DNA from: Oscillospiraceae bacterium
GTDB taxonomy: Bacteria; Bacillota; Clostridia; Oscillospirales; Ruminococcaceae
Direction of reading: 5' to 3'
Assembly (NCBI GenBank): GCA_022792755.1
Contig: JAAWBP010000082.1
Coordinates: 1-54,732, forward strand
Length of the DNA: 54,732 nucleotides
The notes under the pieces: model-generated
Databases searched by the model: none
Told to the model about the DNA's origin: nothing
The model's input: the letters and a program-made list of their open reading frames with translations, nothing else
Part shown: positions 27,123 to 36,349 of the stretch, one piece after another
Layout: every line of letters starts with the position of its first letter
How positions within the stretch are numbered: the first letter of the stretch is position 1
Translations under genes and position numbers: made by a program

Positions 27123-28325
27123 ATGGCGAATAAGCATCTAACCCGGAAGAGTAAAATTATCATCAGCCTCTCGGCATCCCTGGCTTTTCTTTTGCTGGCC
27201 GCAGGGATTATTTTTGCTCTTTATCAGAATCACCTCAATTATCTCAAAGAAATCACCCCCATCCCAAACAGCGGCTTGCAGGTCGAAATCGGGGTCGATG
27301 CGCTTCCCTCCCCGGAGCAGTACTTTTCCCATCTGGGCTCTTTTGACGGTCAGACCGCTTCGATCGAATATACCAGCCGTGAAACCGGCGAACTGTTCAT
27401 CGAAAATGAAACTGGCAGCCCCGCGCTCCCGGTCGGAAGCTACACCGTCTCGCTCCGCTGTGATGGATGGGATGGGCCTTTCGTCTCCTCGCTCATAGTA
27501 AACGATACAACACCGCCCATCCTCACCTTAAAAGAGGTTTCGATTGAATACGACGGCAGTTACAGCAAAGACGATTTTCTGGAAAGCTGTCTCGACAATT
27601 CGGGGGAAGATTGCAGCTTTTCCGTCTCAGCGGCAAATGCCGACGGCGATACGGTGGAGATGCCTTCTTCCACGGATTCCGGAACCTACACTGTCACAGT
27701 CACCGCCACCGATCCGAGCGGAAATTCCTCCAGTATGGATACGACGCTGTCAATCGGCGAAAAGCCGGCACCGCCGCCTGAGCCCGAACCGGTTCAGCCC
27801 TCTCAGCCTGCCCAGCCATCCTCTGGAACACCCTATTCCATTTCGATCAACCGCGCCCAGAACACTGTCACCATTTCACAGCGAAACGAAAACAACGAAT
27901 ACGTCCCATTCAAGGCTTTTGTCTGTTCTACTGGAGGCTCCAACACGCCGCTCGGCAATTTCAAGCTTGGGCAGCGGTATCTCTGGCTCCCCCTCTACGG
28001 AGGCGTATACGGGCAGTACACCATCCGCATCCACGGGAGCATCGCTTTCCACTCTGTTCCTTATTACACACAGGACAAATCGGATTTGGAATACGAAGAG
28101 TACAACAAGCTCGGTTCAACTGCTTCCGCAGGATGTGTACGGCTCTGTGTTCAGGATGTCAAATGGATTTATGAAAACTGCGAAGCAGGGACACCGGTGA
28201 CGATCTATGACGGCGACGACCCGGGCCCGCTTGGAAAGCCGAGCTCTATTCAGATCGATATCAACAGCCCGAACCGTGGCTGGGATCCGACGGACCCCGA
28301 TCCGGCGAACCCGTGGAATCAATGA
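27123..28325 (+). CDS. Membrane-anchored L,D-transpeptidase (YkuD domain) with an Ig-like middle domain
   Basis: ORF trimmed to the ATG at 27123 (AAGGAGGA RBS). It has an N-terminal TM helix and a Pro-rich linker. The YkuD catalytic pattern is IAFHSVPYY...GSTASAGCVRL. Confidence 0.85.
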   Translation: MANKHLTRKSKIIISLSASLAFLLLAAGIIFALYQNHLNYLKEITPIPNSGLQVEIGVDALPSPEQYFSHLGSFDGQTASIEYTSRETGELFIENETGSPALPVGSYTVSLRCDGWDGPFVSSLIVNDTTPPILTLKEVSIEYDGSYSKDDFLESCLDNSGEDCSFSVSAANADGDTVEMPSSTDSGTYTVTVTATDPSGNSSSMDTTLSIGEKPAPPPEPEPVQPSQPAQPSSGTPYSISINRAQNTVTISQRNENNEYVPFKAFVCSTGGSNTPLGNFKLGQRYLWLPLYGGVYGQYTIRIHGSIAFHSVPYYTQDKSDLEYEEYNKLGSTASAGCVRLCVQDVKWIYENCEAGTPVTIYDGDDPGPLGKPSSIQIDINSPNRGWDPTDPDPANPWNQ

Positions 28326-28367
28326 TGGATCTGATTACAATTGAAACATTTTGAAAAGCCAGTCGAT

Positions 28368-28411
28368 AAAAAACCGCCCGGGAGAGAAAAATCTCTCCCG
28401 GGCGGTTTTTT
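28368..28411. terminator. Bidirectional rho-independent terminator (L,D-transpeptidase / spoIIE)
   Basis: A 13-bp stem CCGCCCGGGAGAG-AAAAAT-CTCTCCCGGGCGG is flanked by A6 and T6 runs. Confidence 0.9.
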
Positions 28412-28417
28412 ATCTGT

Positions 28418-30733
28418 TTAGATTTCCGTGGTGATCCTCACCGCTATCGCCGTTACGTCGTCGCTGTGCCCATCGATGCGGCGCCTTCTCGCCTCGTTCG
28501 CAATCCTTCCCGCGATTTCGCGGGCAGATTTCCTGGCGTTCATCTCCAGCTCTGCCTCGATCCAATCCGTTCCGGTAGCGGTCACCCCATCCGAAACCAT
28601 CAAAATCAAATCCCCGTCCGACAGCTTGCAGTCCTGACGGTCAAAGCCCACCCCCTTGATGATCCCGATCGGAAGGGAATCCGATTCCAACCTCTGTACA
28701 GTGCCGCCTTTCAGAATGAAGGTCGGTGCCGCGCCCGCCTTGAGCAGTTCCACCCTGCCCGTATAGAGGTCGGCTCTTAAAATATCGATGGTTGCAAGGG
28801 ATTCCTCCGGCGCTTTGATCAAGAGAGAAGAATTGACCAGCTTGATCGCTGACTCGAACCCAAAGCCCGCCTTGATCAGCTTCAAAATAAACGAACAGGT
28901 CATAACCGAGTCGACCGCCGCCCGGCCGCCGCTGCCCATCCCGTCGCTCAAAACCAAATGGAAAAACCCCTTTGAGTCGAGGAAGGATTCATAGCAGTCC
29001 CCACAGTGCTGTTCCCCGTCCGCGGGGTACTGCTCCGCATGGAAATCGGCACGGTAACGGGCTGTTTCAAAGAAGGAAAGCTTGATCTTTTCCCCAATTT
29101 CAGTCACACTCGGCAGGTCGAATTCCAAGTCCAGCGCTGAAGAGAGGTTTTCACAGAGGAGCTGTTCCGAAACGGGAACCGGCGCTTTCAGGTAAATTTC
29201 CACCCCGGCGCGGCCATCCCGGTCGACAAAACAGACAGTTTGTTCCGACCTGACGTTCAAATTCCGGAGGACGGTATGTGCCTTTTCTGTCCCGCGTTCG
29301 TCAACCGTGGCAATGAAGCCGATCTCCTCCCCGATTTCACAGAGCATATCGGCGACGCCGTCAAGCTGTTCCGATGAGACCTGTTTTGCCTCCTCCACCA
29401 TCCGCACCGCCTGTTTATGGGAGAGATAGCTCTGGTAATTCTGGTTGACAGTGGTGGTCAAAGCGCTGAATTTGCAGCATTTGTTCTGAAAATACTGCGG
29501 CATTTGGTCTTCCCGGATCCTCCCCTCTTTCTTTAAGATCGGCGTCAGTGCCTGCAGCGCCTGCCAGGTAGAGTCGTACTGCGTTTCCCAGCAAAACATC
29601 TTCAAGCCACAGTGGAGGCAGACGCTGTCCGCACTCCTGTGATAGACCGATGCAATGTCCAAAGCCGTGTTTTCCTGGATCTTGCCCGACACCATATCCA
29701 CCGAATTTCTGAGATCGTGGATGGCGAGGGAGGCAAACTTCAACCGCCCTGCAAGCCAGTTCCCCTCCCGGTCCGGCTCTTGGAGCTCCACAGCCTCAGA
29801 GGACGTCTGAAAGCTCCACCTCAAATAACGCACAGGAACGACCGCGATCACCGCCGCCGCCAAAAAGGAGTCGAGGAGATAGGCTACCGTCTGCTGCTCC
29901 ACCCCCACGAGCAGGGCCCCGCAGGTGTTGATTGCCAGGAAAACTGCGATCTGCCCTGTTTTCCTGATCGGCTTCAAAGCGCTCGCGACAATGGCAGCAA
30001 TCATCAGCGCCCCGCAATAGGGGGCAAAATCGGCGCTGTAAAGGGCCAACGCCGCAGATACTCCCGCCGCGACCGCCGCGCTGAAAAATCCCCCTTTTCC
30101 CATAAAGTAAAGGACAGCCAGCACACCGGCAATCCTTCCGACCGAAAAGGTAAAGAGCTTGATGTCACAGAGTGCAACCAGAAAGACCGCTGCAATCACT
30201 CCGACGCTGATCATTTCCCTCACCGTATAATGGCGCAGGTCGCGCGGCGAAAAAAAGGCTTGTACCGCGGTCGCGCTGAAAAATGTGACCGCAAAGCAAA
30301 GGCAGGCCTGCAAAGAGCGAAACAGGTAGGTCATCATCCCCGCGCCTTCTACGGCCGATGCGCCGATCCCGCAGCAAAACAGGATGCTGAACGAAATACA
30401 GCCCAGCAAAATGGGATTTGCTTTCAGCGAGGAAGCAGGGCGGACAAAGACTTTGACCGCCAGAAGGAGAAGCAGGGCGGGCAGTAAAACCAACTGGTCC
30501 GCCGAATTCCCGAACAGGTAATAACCGATCAGGCTGCCTGCAACCGCGGCATAAGAATAGCTCTTCGGCAGAGCAGCCGACAGGGCAATCCCCATCCCTG
30601 CCAGGCCGCCGATCAGCCGCGCGTTGGAGGCCAAAGCCGTCAATAGGAGCACGATCCCGTACCGGACGGCTGATTCCACCCCCTGAAACCGCCCTGAACG
30701 CTCCGCCGTCTTTATCTGCAATGCTGTTTTCAC
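28418..30733 (-). CDS. spoIIE: Stage II sporulation protein E (membrane PP2C phosphatase)
   Basis: 771 aa. About 10 N-terminal TM helices are followed by a C-terminal PP2C domain (CGDCYESF..VLSDGMGSGGRAAVDS..LILMVSDGV). The start is GTG, 7 nt after GAGGTG. Confidence 0.92.
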   Translation of the reverse strand: MKTALQIKTAERSGRFQGVESAVRYGIVLLLTALASNARLIGGLAGMGIALSAALPKSYSYAAVAGSLIGYYLFGNSADQLVLLPALLLLLAVKVFVRPASSLKANPILLGCISFSILFCCGIGASAVEGAGMMTYLFRSLQACLCFAVTFFSATAVQAFFSPRDLRHYTVREMISVGVIAAVFLVALCDIKLFTFSVGRIAGVLAVLYFMGKGGFFSAAVAAGVSAALALYSADFAPYCGALMIAAIVASALKPIRKTGQIAVFLAINTCGALLVGVEQQTVAYLLDSFLAAAVIAVVPVRYLRWSFQTSSEAVELQEPDREGNWLAGRLKFASLAIHDLRNSVDMVSGKIQENTALDIASVYHRSADSVCLHCGLKMFCWETQYDSTWQALQALTPILKKEGRIREDQMPQYFQNKCCKFSALTTTVNQNYQSYLSHKQAVRMVEEAKQVSSEQLDGVADMLCEIGEEIGFIATVDERGTEKAHTVLRNLNVRSEQTVCFVDRDGRAGVEIYLKAPVPVSEQLLCENLSSALDLEFDLPSVTEIGEKIKLSFFETARYRADFHAEQYPADGEQHCGDCYESFLDSKGFFHLVLSDGMGSGGRAAVDSVMTCSFILKLIKAGFGFESAIKLVNSSLLIKAPEESLATIDILRADLYTGRVELLKAGAAPTFILKGGTVQRLESDSLPIGIIKGVGFDRQDCKLSDGDLILMVSDGVTATGTDWIEAELEMNARKSAREIAGRIANEARRRRIDGHSDDVTAIAVRITTEI

Positions 30734-30787
30734 GTCTCGACACCTCTGAAAATTTCATTCATCCCACAGAATTTGGAAATTAATCCC

Positions 30788-30820
30788 ATTATATTCTGTT
30801 TCACGCAGATAAGATGTCAA
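30788..30820 (-). promoter_or_regulatory. spoIIE promoter candidate with a 21-nt spacer
   Basis: The minus strand reads TTGACA (30820..30815), 21 nt, then TATAAT (30793..30788). The -35-like hexamer is embedded in TTTGACA, which is one mismatch from the reverse complement of the 0A box (TTCGACA). Confidence 0.5.
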
Positions 30821-30970
30821 AGCGTCAGGGCAAAAAAAGGGAAAAAACGGAAGGTTCTGCGGAATTACTGATAAACAGGGAGAAGAAACCGTTTTCCTTC
30901 CCCTTCAGCGTGTTTTTTAAACGCGATTCGGCCCTCAATTGACAAGGGCGGACAAGGTTTTTCGAAGAGG

Positions 30971-31006
30971 ATAACAAAGCAGCGCGGAGAACTCATCCCC
31001 GCGCTG
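30971..31006 (-). terminator. Terminator after gltX
   Basis: The minus strand reads CAGCGCGGGGA-TGAGT-TCTCCGCGCTG (10 of 11 pairs) followed by CTTTGTTAT. Confidence 0.55.
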
Positions 31007-31019
31007 ACAGCGTATTATT

Positions 31020-32474
31020 CTATTGTTCCAGCTGCTCGATCCCCGTACGGATCCGTTTGAGAGACTCCTCTTTCCCCAAAATGGCACAGATTTCGATTCC
31101 GCCGCCCGGCGTAAACTGTTTTCCCGAAACTGCAACCCGAACCGGCCAGAGGATCAAACCGTTTTTGACACCCTTTTCCGCAATCAGCTCGAATAAAGCC
31201 GAATGGATTGCCTCCTCCGTCCACTCGCCCAGTCCTTCGAGCACCGGCAGCACCGCTTTCAAGCTTTCGAGCGAGTTTTCCTCATTGGTTTTCATCTTCT
31301 TATGGCAGTAGAGGGCATTGTCATAAACCGGAAGCTGGTCGATAAAATCCACCTGCTCCGGAATATCGGTAAACAATTCGGTGCGGGACTGGAGAACCCG
31401 GGCAATCAGCCGGGTATCCACATCCTCCCTCTTACAGGTCTGGCGGATATAGGGGAGCGCCAGCTTTTCAAACTCCTCCAGCGGCAGGCGGCGGATATAC
31501 GCCCCGTTGATCGCTTTGAGCTTGACCGGGTCGAAGATCGCGGGCGATTTGGAGATGCCGGAAATATCGAACTCCCGCACCAGTTCCTCCAAGGTGAAAA
31601 TCTCCTCTTCCCCCTTCGGGCTCCAGCCGAGCAGGGCGATGTAGTTGACGACCGCCTCGGTCAGAAACCCCTTTTCGACCAGGTCTTCAAAGGATGCGTC
31701 CCCGTTGCGTTTGGAGAGCTTTTCTGTCTGGTTCTTCATCACCGGCGGGCAGTGGACATAAACCGGTTTTTCCCAGCCGAACGCCTCATAGAGCAGATTG
31801 TATTTCGGGGCGGAGGAAAGATATTCGTTCCCCCGGATGACGTGGGTGATCCCCATCGTGTGGTCGTCCACGACGTTTGCGAAATTGTAAGTGGGCATTC
31901 CGTCGGTCTTGATCAAAATCTGGTCGTCCAGAACCGAATTGTCGACCGTGATGTCCCCGAAGACCTCATCGTGAAAGGTGGTCGTCCCCTCCTCCGGCAT
32001 CTTCTGGCGGATGACGTAAGGGACGCCGGCCTTCAGCTTTTCCTCGATCTCCTCTTTGGTGAGGTTCCGGCAGTGCCCGTCGTATTTGGGTGCCATCCCC
32101 GAAGCCTGCTGGATTTTTTTGAGCTCCTCCAGGCGGTCTTTATCGCAGAAGCAATAGTAGGCATCCCCGCTTTCAACGAGCTTCAGGGCGTATTCCTTGA
32201 ACATCCCCATCCGCTCGCTCTGGACATAGGGGCCGCAGGGACCGCCGACATCCGGGCCCTCATCCCAATTGAGCCCTGTTTTGCGGAGGGTATTGTAAAT
32301 GATGTCGACCGCGCCTTCCACATAGCGTTCCCGGTCGGTATCCTCGATCCTCAAGATAAATTTTCCGTCCTTGTCCTTTCGGGCAAGCAGATAGGCGTAA
32401 AGAGCCGTGCGCAGATTGCCGACGTGCATATAGCCGGTCGGGCTGGGCGCAAATCTGGTTCGAACCGTTGACAT
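31020..32474 (-). CDS. gltX: Glutamate--tRNA ligase
   Basis: Contains [22 protein letters not shown] (HIGH region) and KLSKRNG (KMSKS). Confidence 0.97.
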   Translation of the reverse strand: MSTVRTRFAPSPTGYMHVGNLRTALYAYLLARKDKDGKFILRIEDTDRERYVEGAVDIIYNTLRKTGLNWDEGPDVGGPCGPYVQSERMGMFKEYALKLVESGDAYYCFCDKDRLEELKKIQQASGMAPKYDGHCRNLTKEEIEEKLKAGVPYVIRQKMPEEGTTTFHDEVFGDITVDNSVLDDQILIKTDGMPTYNFANVVDDHTMGITHVIRGNEYLSSAPKYNLLYEAFGWEKPVYVHCPPVMKNQTEKLSKRNGDASFEDLVEKGFLTEAVVNYIALLGWSPKGEEEIFTLEELVREFDISGISKSPAIFDPVKLKAINGAYIRRLPLEEFEKLALPYIRQTCKREDVDTRLIARVLQSRTELFTDIPEQVDFIDQLPVYDNALYCHKKMKTNEENSLESLKAVLPVLEGLGEWTEEAIHSALFELIAEKGVKNGLILWPVRVAVSGKQFTPGGGIEICAILGKEESLKRIRTGIEQLEQ

Positions 32475-32508
32475 TTCGGTACTTCCTTTCCTTTCCTGTA
32501 TCTTTAAT

Positions 32509-32537
32509 ATACTACCGTTTTACGCTGTTTTTGTCAA
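32509..32537 (-). promoter_or_regulatory. Candidate sigma-A promoter of gltX
   Basis: The minus strand reads TTGACA (32537..32532), 17 nt, then TAGTAT (32514..32509). Confidence 0.6.
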
Positions 32538-32632
32538 TCGTTTTCCCCTGCTCTTTTATGTAAAACCGGGTTGGAGGGCAAAGCATCGGCTGTCCTATTC
32601 CAGCCTCATGTCAATTGATTGAAATAGAATTT

Positions 32633-33223
32633 TCAGAACCGGTTCGGCAAAGCACCGGGCGCCTCTCCGCCTATTATTTCCAGTCCGTCCGGGATATTTC
32701 GAACTGCAAGGGCACAGGCATCGGTCAGCCGCAAATGGTTTTTCAGCGGAAATGTCAACTTTCCCCGCGGTTCTCCTTCCTTGCAATGTACATCCAATCT
32801 CGCATTGAACAGCCCCAAATTACCTGGAATATTATTGAAAAAAATAAGGCTTCCTGCGCTTACTCCCAGCACAACACCGTCTGCATCGATATACTCCAGC
32901 AAAGTTTTATTAAATCCGGTTTCGTTGATTCTGTGAAGCAGATAACCAGTGTCCCCGCCGCATAAATACACGATGTCATACTGCTGCAGCTCTTCGGTGT
33001 CCATCCCCCTGTGCAGATCGTACACACTTATATTTTTGTCCTGGATTCCGCATTTCAACAGATCGTTCATACATTTCGGCAATACGGCGATCGCATCCGC
33101 ATTGACCGCGGCTACCGGGATAAACAGCGCTTTTGCCGAAGCCATATCTGCGTCTGCCAATTCCACAAAATATTTTTTGATTTCCTCTGTTTCCAGTCCC
33201 GCCGATGTGAGTAAAACTTTCAT
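32633..33223 (-). CDS. Peptidase S51 / dipeptidase E-like (type 1 glutamine amidotransferase-like fold)
   Basis: 196 aa. The sequence is MKVLLTSAGL..ALFIPVAA..IVYLCGGDTGYLL..VVLGVSAGSLIF, with a GxSAG nucleophile elbow. Confidence 0.8.
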   Translation of the reverse strand: MKVLLTSAGLETEEIKKYFVELADADMASAKALFIPVAAVNADAIAVLPKCMNDLLKCGIQDKNISVYDLHRGMDTEELQQYDIVYLCGGDTGYLLHRINETGFNKTLLEYIDADGVVLGVSAGSLIFFNNIPGNLGLFNARLDVHCKEGEPRGKLTFPLKNHLRLTDACALAVRNIPDGLEIIGGEAPGALPNRF

Positions 33224-33235
33224 TTTTTCATCCCC

Positions 33236-33856
33236 CTATTCCGGCCAATTCATTTGTCTATCCAAAATCCCCATTTTTCGGCATTCAGCGCATACAGCTT
33301 CTTTTTCCGCCTGATTTCCAATTTGATATTTTAAAATCTTATCTTTGAAAACAATATACTTTTTATTTCCCGCTTTAAAATCGACAAACCAGGTTCCGCC
33401 TCGGCCCGAATCCGATAGCATGGCCTTTGAAATCCGTTCAGGAAAGTCCTTGTTTGGGCAGGTAAAAAAGAGCGCCGTCCAATATTTGGGTTCCCCGTCC
33501 GTGCTCCATAATTCAACCTTATGTATGTTAAGGCAATCGATTATATTTTCATCGCTGATACTTTCCTTGATCAATACCCCCTCATAAATTTCCGTTTTCT
33601 TTTCCTGACCCACATTGCCGCCGCAGCCATGCCCCTTCTGAACACCGTCTACCATCAATTCGTCTTTCAGCAAAACGTCCATGGAAACGTGGAGGGCTTC
33701 TCCCAATACCAATAGTTTATCCACTTCCGGGAGCATAACGCCAGACTCCCATTTAGAGACAGACTGCCTGCTTACGCTGCAAATTGCAGCAAGTTCCTCC
33801 TGCGTCATTTGATTTGTTTTTCTCAATTCAATGAGCTTCTCCGACAATTTCACCAC
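33236..33856 (-). CDS. XRE-family HTH regulator with an unassigned C-terminal domain of about 130 aa
   Basis: The N-terminus LIELRKTNQMTQEELAAICSVSRQSVSKWESG is a classic HTH_3 motif. I do not recognise the C-terminal part (..VELWSTDGEPKYWTALFFTCPNKDFPERI..GTWFVDFKAGNKKYIVFKD..). The start is GTG at 33856 or 33853 after AAGGAGGA. Confidence 0.8.
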   Translation of the reverse strand: MVKLSEKLIELRKTNQMTQEELAAICSVSRQSVSKWESGVMLPEVDKLLVLGEALHVSMDVLLKDELMVDGVQKGHGCGGNVGQEKKTEIYEGVLIKESISDENIIDCLNIHKVELWSTDGEPKYWTALFFTCPNKDFPERISKAMLSDSGRGGTWFVDFKAGNKKYIVFKDKILKYQIGNQAEKEAVCAECRKMGILDRQMNWPE

Positions 33857-34133
33857 TGGATCCTCCTTTCTCGTAATTTATTATATCAAAAGCAAGATCG
33901 ATTTCCACCAACCGAAACGTTCTTTTCCGCAACCTCCAGTTGCCTACAGATCAGCGCAGAGTTCGACTTCTATATTTTTCATTGCATGAGGGATGACAGG
34001 CTTTTTGCCTCCGGGAGCTCAAATGCGTTGTCAATTTTTACGCTCCAAGCGCGATTCATCACTATTTTCTATTCCGACAGGGCAGATATCTTAAAAAGCC
34101 GGATAAAAACCGGAAGAAAGATCACAGAATCCC

Positions 34134-34162
34134 TTGAAAAGAGGGAAGAAATATGATAGGAT
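34134..34162 (+). promoter_or_regulatory. Candidate rpsT promoter
   Basis: TTGAAA (34134..34139), a 17-nt spacer ending in TGA, then TAGGAT (34157..34162). This would give a leader of about 130 nt. Confidence 0.4.
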
Positions 34163-34297
34163 AATAAGCGTTGTCACGGTGTGCCAGTGTCTGAAAGGCA
34201 GAGGGAAAGAAGGAAGCCTTTGCATAGCGTGATGTGAAAAGGATAAGAATATTGTTAGCCAAAAGCGGTGTTCTTATGTAAGAGGAGGTGGAAAAGG

Positions 34298-34552
34298 ATG
34301 CCGAATATCAAATCAGCGAAGAAAAGGGTCAAGGTGCTGGAAACGAAGACGATGCGCAACAAAGCGATCAAGAGCAATTTGAAGACAGTGCTCAAGAAAG
34401 CGGAGAGCGCGAGCGGAGCAGAAAAGGAAGCGGCGGTACGGCTGGCGGTGAAGAAGGTAGACCAGGCGTGTGCGAAAGGGCTGCTTCATAAGAATACAGC
34501 GTCGAGGAAGAAGGCGCAGCTTACGAAGAAGCTTTCGGAAGCGAAGGCGTAA
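34298..34552 (+). CDS. rpsT: 30S ribosomal protein S20
   Basis: ORF trimmed to the ATG at 34298 (GAGGAGG RBS). The sequence is MPNIKSAKKRVKVLETKTMRNKAIKSNLKT.... Confidence 0.95.
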   Translation: MPNIKSAKKRVKVLETKTMRNKAIKSNLKTVLKKAESASGAEKEAAVRLAVKKVDQACAKGLLHKNTASRKKAQLTKKLSEAKA

Positions 34553-34619
34553 GAGAGAAGAGAACGGAAGTGAATACAGTCAGCCACCTCTCATGGCTGT
34601 AGAAGCGGAAGGAAGAGAA

Positions 34620-34651
34620 GGGCGTATAGTGAAAGCTATACGCCTTTTTTC
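34620..34651 (+). terminator. rpsT terminator
   Basis: GGCGTATAG-TGAAAG-CTATACGCC followed by a T6 run. Confidence 0.85.
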
Positions 34652-34740
34652 TATCGATTCAGTTTACTGTTGGTATATTATTTAATATAAATACTAAAAA
34701 GATAAAACTATTTGATCCTATGCCTGGATCGCTCTGTTCG

Positions 34741-34796
34741 CAAAAGATAAAAAGCTGCGCCTGAAAATTTTTCAGGCGCAGCTTCTTTCTTTTTGC
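34741..34796 (-). terminator. Terminator after the SNF transporter gene (T-rich on both sides)
   Basis: A near-perfect 16-nt inverted repeat AAGCTGCGCCTGAAAA / TTTTCAGGCGCAGCTT. The minus strand continues TTTATCTTTTG. Confidence 0.8.
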
Positions 34797-34828
34797 ACTT
34801 CGCTCTAAGCTGTAAAGCTGAATATCTG

Positions 34829-36157
34829 TTATACCCCGGCAATTTTCTGGTAAACGTCGATAAACCCGAGGATGGTAACGACTAAGATCAATGCCGGAGT
34901 GACAGTGCGGATACACCAAAGCCAAGCTTTTTTCAACCGGAATTTCATCCCTTCTGCTTCCATTTCCGCAATGAGCTTGCCCGGCTGCCAGAACCAGCCG
35001 ATGTAGATGCACATCAGCAGGCCGCCGACCGGAAGGAGGATGTTATCAGTCAGCATTCCCATAAAGTCGAAGATGCTGTAGTTGAGGATGGTGATATCCC
35101 CCAGCACGCCAAAGGAGAGCGAGCTCGGGATGCCGAGCAGGAAGACCGCCAGTCCGACAATTAAAATCGATTTTCTGCGGCTCCAGTGCAGGTCGTCGAT
35201 CGTATAGGAAACAACCGTTTCGAGCAGGGCGATCCCCGAGGTGACCGCGGCGAAAAGCATCAGAATAAAGAAGATGATCGCAAAGATCGAGCCCCCTGCG
35301 AAGGATTCAAACACCTTCGGCAGCGTCCCGAAGATCAAGCTTGGCCCCTGCGCCGGCTCCAGGCCGAATGCAAATACCGCGGGGAAAATCGCGATCCCGG
35401 CGAGGACAGCCGCGCCGGTGTCGAGCCCCGCTACGACGGCACAGTCTTTTGGGATGCTGTTCTTTTTATTGAGGTAGCTCCCGTAAGTCACGGTGATTCC
35501 CATCGCGAGGCTGAGCGAGTAAAACACCTGCCCGAGCGCCGCCGTGATTGACCCGAAGCTGAAGCTGTCGGCAGAGGGGGCAAACATGAACTCCAGGCCC
35601 TGCCATGCGCCCGGCAGCGTTACGGAACGAACCGCGATGATGACGATGAAGATGAAAAGCAGCGGCATCAAAAACTTCGATGCCTTTTCAATGCTTTTCG
35701 CCCCTTTATAACAGAGCAGGCAAGCGAGCGCCATAAAGACGAAATGCCAGACGATCGGCTCAACCGGGGATGCAATATAAGAACCGAAATCCACAGCCTG
35801 GAAGGTAACGGCGTAAGATTCGATATATTTGAGAATCCACCCGCCGATGACGCTGTAGTAGGAGAGGATCAAAAATGCAACCAAAACCCCTAAAACGCCG
35901 ATAACTGTGGCTTTTTTTCCGACAGAACGGTACGCACTGACCGGGCTTTTCTGGGTATAGCGGCCGAGCGACATTTCGGTGACCATGACCGGCAGGCCGA
36001 GAACAAGGATAAAGACGAGGTAGATGATTAAAAACCAAAACCCGCCGTTTTTCCCCATCAAATAGGGGAACTTCCAAAGATTCCCAAGCCCGATGGCGGA
36101 GCCGGCCGTCGCTAAAATAAAGCCGATGCCGGTCGCCCATTGATTCCTTTTTGCCAT
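34829..36157 (-). CDS. Sodium-dependent transporter, SNF (neurotransmitter:sodium symporter) family
   Basis: ORF trimmed to the ATG at 36157 (GGAGGA RBS). The sequence is MAKRNQWATGIGFILATAGSAIGLGNLWKFPY.., about 12 TM helices. Confidence 0.9.
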   Translation of the reverse strand: MAKRNQWATGIGFILATAGSAIGLGNLWKFPYLMGKNGGFWFLIIYLVFILVLGLPVMVTEMSLGRYTQKSPVSAYRSVGKKATVIGVLGVLVAFLILSYYSVIGGWILKYIESYAVTFQAVDFGSYIASPVEPIVWHFVFMALACLLCYKGAKSIEKASKFLMPLLFIFIVIIAVRSVTLPGAWQGLEFMFAPSADSFSFGSITAALGQVFYSLSLAMGITVTYGSYLNKKNSIPKDCAVVAGLDTGAAVLAGIAIFPAVFAFGLEPAQGPSLIFGTLPKVFESFAGGSIFAIIFFILMLFAAVTSGIALLETVVSYTIDDLHWSRRKSILIVGLAVFLLGIPSSLSFGVLGDITILNYSIFDFMGMLTDNILLPVGGLLMCIYIGWFWQPGKLIAEMEAEGMKFRLKKAWLWCIRTVTPALILVVTILGFIDVYQKIAGV

Positions 36158-36199
36158 AAAAAATGATCCTCCCCTATAAGTCATAAGATATTGAATAAC

Positions 36200-36228
36200 A
36201 TTTTACAATATTATGGCCAAACAATCAA
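36200..36228 (-). promoter_or_regulatory. Candidate promoter of the SNF transporter gene
   Basis: The minus strand reads TTGATT (36228..36223), 17 nt, then TAAAAT (36205..36200). Confidence 0.5.
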
Positions 36229-36349
36229 TCTTTTTACGGCAATTTATTGCGGGAAATACGATATTTTGCATCAGAGGGAGGAAAAATGGGAAATTAGCTT
36301 TAAAAGGGCAATCGATTTTTGCAAAAAAGGCAGGGCTTGAAACAATCAA

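Noticed and set aside
32475-32632. Possible T-box or other leader upstream of gltX. I asked the same question for serC (3845..4146) and the Hcy methyltransferase gene (48190..48337).
   Set aside because: The spacers are short. Good sigma-A promoters sit 35-60 nt from the start codons. The conserved T-box sequence (..GGTGGTACCGCG..) and SAM or B12 riboswitch cores are absent on either strand.
34209-34217. GAAGGAAGC in the rpsT upstream region resembles part of the SRP RNA domain IV motif.
   Set aside because: The rest of the conserved SRP sequence (..GGUCCGGAAGGAAGCAGCC..) and the symmetric-loop partner strand are missing.
34674-34689. AT-rich inverted repeat TATATTA-TT-TAATATA, with a nearby AGTTTAC, in a convergent intergenic region. 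I considered it as a dif (XerCD) site.
   Set aside because: A hand alignment to the B. subtilis and E. coli dif sequences matches only about half of the 28 positions, and the XerD arm matches about 7 of 11. The AT-rich spacer between two terminators is a sufficient explanation.
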